A DNA stretch of 62,866 bases, the filler included, from Basidiobolus meristosporus CBS 931.73 (taxonomy: Eukaryota > Fungi > Basidiobolomycota), in assembly GCA_002104905.1 (NCBI GenBank). It is 4 parts of 4 records of this genome, joined end to end, with 100 filler letters (N's around TTAATTAATTAA, not from the genome) between each part and the next. Parts side by side here need not be neighbours in the genome. Positions count along the whole stretch, not along the records: positions 52,015 to 62,866 come from MCFE01001293.1; 3 more parts are not named here. One strand, given 5' to 3'. A program made the position numbers and the translations under genes. Positions 59,024 to 62,866 of the stretch are shown here, piece after piece. How positions within the stretch are numbered: the stretch's first letter is position 1; every line of letters starts with the position of its first letter. The notes under the pieces are model-generated. The model was not told the DNA's origin and made no database searches. It saw only the letters and a program-made list of their open reading frames with translations.

Positions 59024-62000
59024 TGCTGTAAGAGTCTTGGAGATATTGGAAGTGATTGGGAGAACAAGTAGATTATGTGGTTTTCACTTAATGATTTATT
59101 GAATGTAAAAGTAGTATTTATACTTTTACCTGGTCTTGGCATTACAAACACATAGAATAGGTTAAGGAAGGTCCCAAGAACATGTGTGCAAAGTTTGGGG
59201 CTGTTTGGACAACTTTGAGAATTTTCATGTTCTGGGTACCTGGTACTTTGGTGAAAATATTCTAAGTAAATCCCAACAAGGAATTTGGTCAGTATTTTCT
59301 AGGATTTGAAGGTGATGATCTAGGTGACAAAGTTAGATGAGTATTTAGGTGGAAATACAAACTTTTACAGCACTCCCACTCAGCTAAATGTTCATACTGA
59401 CTAGTCCCAATTTTGATCTAAGATATTCAAACTTGTGTCTAGCTAATGGTTTGGTGAATATGTCTGCAATCATTTCATCTGTAGAACAGTAAGCTAAGCT
59501 AACTAAGTTATTCTCTATAGCTTCACATATGAAATGATGTCTAATATCTATGTGCTTGGTTCTAGCACAAAAAGTTGGATTTCTACCTAATTGTATACAT
59601 CCTTGATTATCTTGAAATAAAGTAATAGGCGTTTTTTGACATAGGCCTAAATCTGTAAAGAGCTTTCTTAACCACATTGCTTCTTTTGTAGCTTCACAGG
59701 CTGCCATATACTCTGCCTCTGTAGTAATAAGTGCTACAGTTGGTTGCTTTTTTGAATTCCATGAAAGTGCTCCTTTACAGTAAAGAAAGGTGTATCCTGT
59801 GGTCGATCTTCTGTCTTCCAAATTTTGTCCCCAATCAGCATCAGAGTATCCCAAATGATCCTGTACTGAATGCTTATAAGTGTATCTTAAGCAGATATCA
59901 GCAGTTCCTTTTAGGTATCTAAAAATCTGCTTAACTGCTGCAATATGATCAGATCCATAATTGTGATTATGTTGGCTGACAACTCCCACTGAATATGAGA
60001 TATCTGGACGTGTTCCAAGCATGATATACATCAGACTGCTGACCATGGATTGATAAGGAAAGTCAGGGCTTTCAGACGGCACCAAGCTCTCTTGATTTGG
60101 TTGAGTTTTGACCAAGTTAAGGTTTGTCTCCATTGGGGTAGCTGCTGGTTTACAGTCTTCCATTTTGTACTTCTTTAGTATATCTTGAATATACTTGGAT
60201 TGGCTTAGGGTAATAGTCTGGGTACTTCTGTCTATGGAGAACTTAATCCCTAAGTAGTAACTAAGTTCTCTTAGATCAGACATCTTGAACTCCTTAGATA
60301 CGCTGGATTTAGTCTCTTCCAATGTTTCTAGGTTGCTGGTGGCTATAATAAGATCATCCATATGCAGAGCTAATAGAGCTGGATTTGCTCCATCTGGCTT
60401 ATAGTATATACTATTGTCAGCATTCCTCCTTTTGAAACTCAAAGATTCCAAATAAGAATCTATCTTGCAATTCCAGGCTCTTAGTGATTGTTTGAGACCA
60501 TATAGTGACTTTTTAAGCTTGCAGACCAAATGGGGGTTATCTTGGTCAACAAACCCATCAGGCTGGTCCATATACATGTCCTTGTCAAGTTCTCCATTCA
60601 AAAATGCAGCTTTTACATCTATTTGATGAATAAAAAACTTATACATGGCTGCAATAGCCAATATTAATCTGATGGAATTAAACTTGGCTACTGGTGCAAA
60701 GGTCTCAGTATAGTCAAGTCCTTTTGTTTGAGAGTATCCCTTGGCTACAAGTCTTGCTTTGTATCTTTCAATTGTACCATCAGCCTTGTATTTTGTCTTG
60801 AAGACCCATCTGCATCCAATTGACTTTTGGTTGATTGGTAATTTGACTAAGTCCCAAGTTTGAATTTCCATCAGGGCCTGATATTCCTCAGTCATTCAGA
60901 TCTCCAAACTTTGTCTGAGGGCTATTTAGGGCTTCTTTTACAGTCTGGGGTTCATCAATATGGACTGAATAGGCATAGGCTAAGTTTGTACCCTCATTAA
61001 TATAGTAATTTGGGCTATTTCTTGTCCGATTGGATCTCCGCTCATTTGATACTGGAATGATCACTTCTGGGATATTCCTGGGCACTGATTCTGGCTGAAC
61101 CATGGTTGTAGAGTCCTCTGGAGTGAGAAATTCTCATGGTTATGCTCTGATTCAATCCTGACAATCGGTGGACTTGAGATCAAATTTTTGTCATCATCCG
61201 ATGTCATTTTTTTTGAAAATTTTGAATTATCATCAAACAACAGATCCCTGGACTTGATCAGCTTCTTTGCTTTGGTATTGTAGAGTCTGTATGCCTTACT
61301 CTCATTGCAGTAGCCCAAAAATATGCATTTTACACTTTTTGGCTCAAATTTTGACTAATTTCCGGCCAGTTTTTTGGCATATGCTGTACACCCAAATATT
61401 CTTAGATGTTCTGCTCTTGGTCTGTTTCCATACCATGCTTCAAATGGAGTAGAATCACAAAGTATTCTGTTAATACTCCTATTTTTAAGGTATACAGCAG
61501 TGGTAACTGATTCCGCCCAAAAATCATAGGATAATTTTTGATCATGGATCATAGATCTTGCCATATCAATTATTGATCTGTTAGCTTGTTCTGCTACTCC
61601 ATTTTGCTGTGGGGAGTATGGTACAGTAGTCTCTTGCTTTATCCCATGAATTTTGCAGAAGTGGATGAAGAGTTTTGAGGTATATTCCCCACCATTGTCA
61701 GAGCATATTTTCTTGATTTTTTCACCAGTTTCTCTCTCCACCATGGCTTTAAACTCCCTGAGCTTAGACAAAGCTTCTTCCTTACTCTCCATGAAGTAGA
61801 CCCATGTGTATCTTGTATAATCATCAATAAAAGTGATTAAATACTTCATCCTGCCTAGGATAAATTTTGCATAGGTCCACACAGATCTGAGTGAATTAGA
61901 TCTAACTTTTCCTTAGTTTTGATTAACCCAGAGCTCTTGAACGGTTGTCTGGCTTGTTTCCCATATATGCAGGCGTCACAGTGCTCCAAATTAGCTGGTG

Positions 62001-62866
62001 GATCAATTTTCACTTCAGAAATTAGCTGATCTTTGTTCATTTTGCACAAATAATCAAAATTGATGTGCCCAAATCTCCTGTGCCAAAGCATTGGTGTTTC
62101 TTCATTTAAGTTACTTATATTGGCTTCCAGATATGATGGAATATAAGTCAACTAGTATAGATTCTGAACTCTGATGCCCAAAGCAATATGAGCACCATTT
62201 TGATCGGTGATCCTGCATCCAGAATTGTCAATACAGAAACTGAGTCCTTCTGCTTTGGCCTTGCTTACAGAGAGTAGGTTCTTGGCTATTTCTGGTACAT
62301 AGAGTACTTCTTTAAAGGTCAGTGTATGGCTTCCTTCACTGCTTCTAAGGTTTACTTGGATAGTTCCTTCTCCCACTGCATCAAGTGCTCTATTGTCACC
62401 CATGAAAACCTTCTTAATTGGAATTTCTTGATATTGGGTAAAAAGTTCTTTTTGGTGTGTAAAGTGTTGAGATGCTCCAGAGTCAATATACCACATCTGA
62501 GAATCCTTGTTTGTGGTCATATTTAGTGCAGATATGAATAGTCTATCTTCAGTTGTTGCAGCATTTCCATATTCAGGCTTCTTTTGCTGATTATCTTTCT
62601 TTTTGAGACACCGGTCTGATGTGTGTCCTTTCCTTTTGCAGTAGTTACAAAACAGGTTGCTGTTGCCTTTGTAGGGTCTTTGGTACCTCCTTTGTTGGTT
62701 ATCATTGCTTATTAAAGCATTTTCTTCTTCCTTCTTATTGGCGCTTGATTTTCTTAATTCTTCATCCAGGAGCCTTCCATATATGTAATTTAAGGTCAAA
62801 TCTTTAGTTCTGGACTCTGGGGCTGAAACAAGGCCCTGAAACTTGTCTGTCAGGCTATTCAGGATG
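59024..62866 (-). mobile_element. Ty1/copia copy 4 (3' LTR 59024-59372), running off the window end in gag
   Basis: RT/RNaseH 59384-60895, integrase 61355-62151 and CCHC/protease 62152-62799; highly similar to copy 2, with frameshifts. Confidence 0.95.

Overview
Eukaryotic, fungal-looking DNA (TTAGGG telomere, short spliceosomal introns, INO1 and CCH1-type genes). It is made of four contigs joined by artificial 100-nt N/TTAATTAATTAA linkers: A 1-21776, B 21877-36099, C 36200-51914 and D 52015-62866. No adjacency across a linker can be trusted. Contigs A, B, D and the first ~2.4 kb of C are CpG-depleted nested transposon DNA: Ty1/copia copies (one full-length with TSD), a Ty3/gypsy element, several solo LTRs, and CACTA-like and Harbinger-like transposase remnants. 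From ~38560 to 51914 there is a CpG-rich gene block: INO1, a small secreted KR-processed protein, a mitochondrial-type double-HotDog acyl-CoA thioesterase and a 5'-incomplete Cch1-type Ca2+ channel. The main discovery is the right end of contig B. Its last ~13 kb consist of three same-orientation copies of an APE-endonuclease/RT non-LTR retrotransposon, each with its 5' end facing the chromosome end. The two distal copies start at short TTAGGG seeds and end at a 5' truncation capped with telomere repeats, and the copies get younger toward the terminal (TTAGGG)34. This is the pattern expected if the element reverse-transcribes directly off the telomeric G-strand and alternates with telomerase healing. 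Also notable is a very AT-rich APH-like kinase fragment captured inside one copia copy. All coordinates were read by hand; ends of degenerate elements are approximate.
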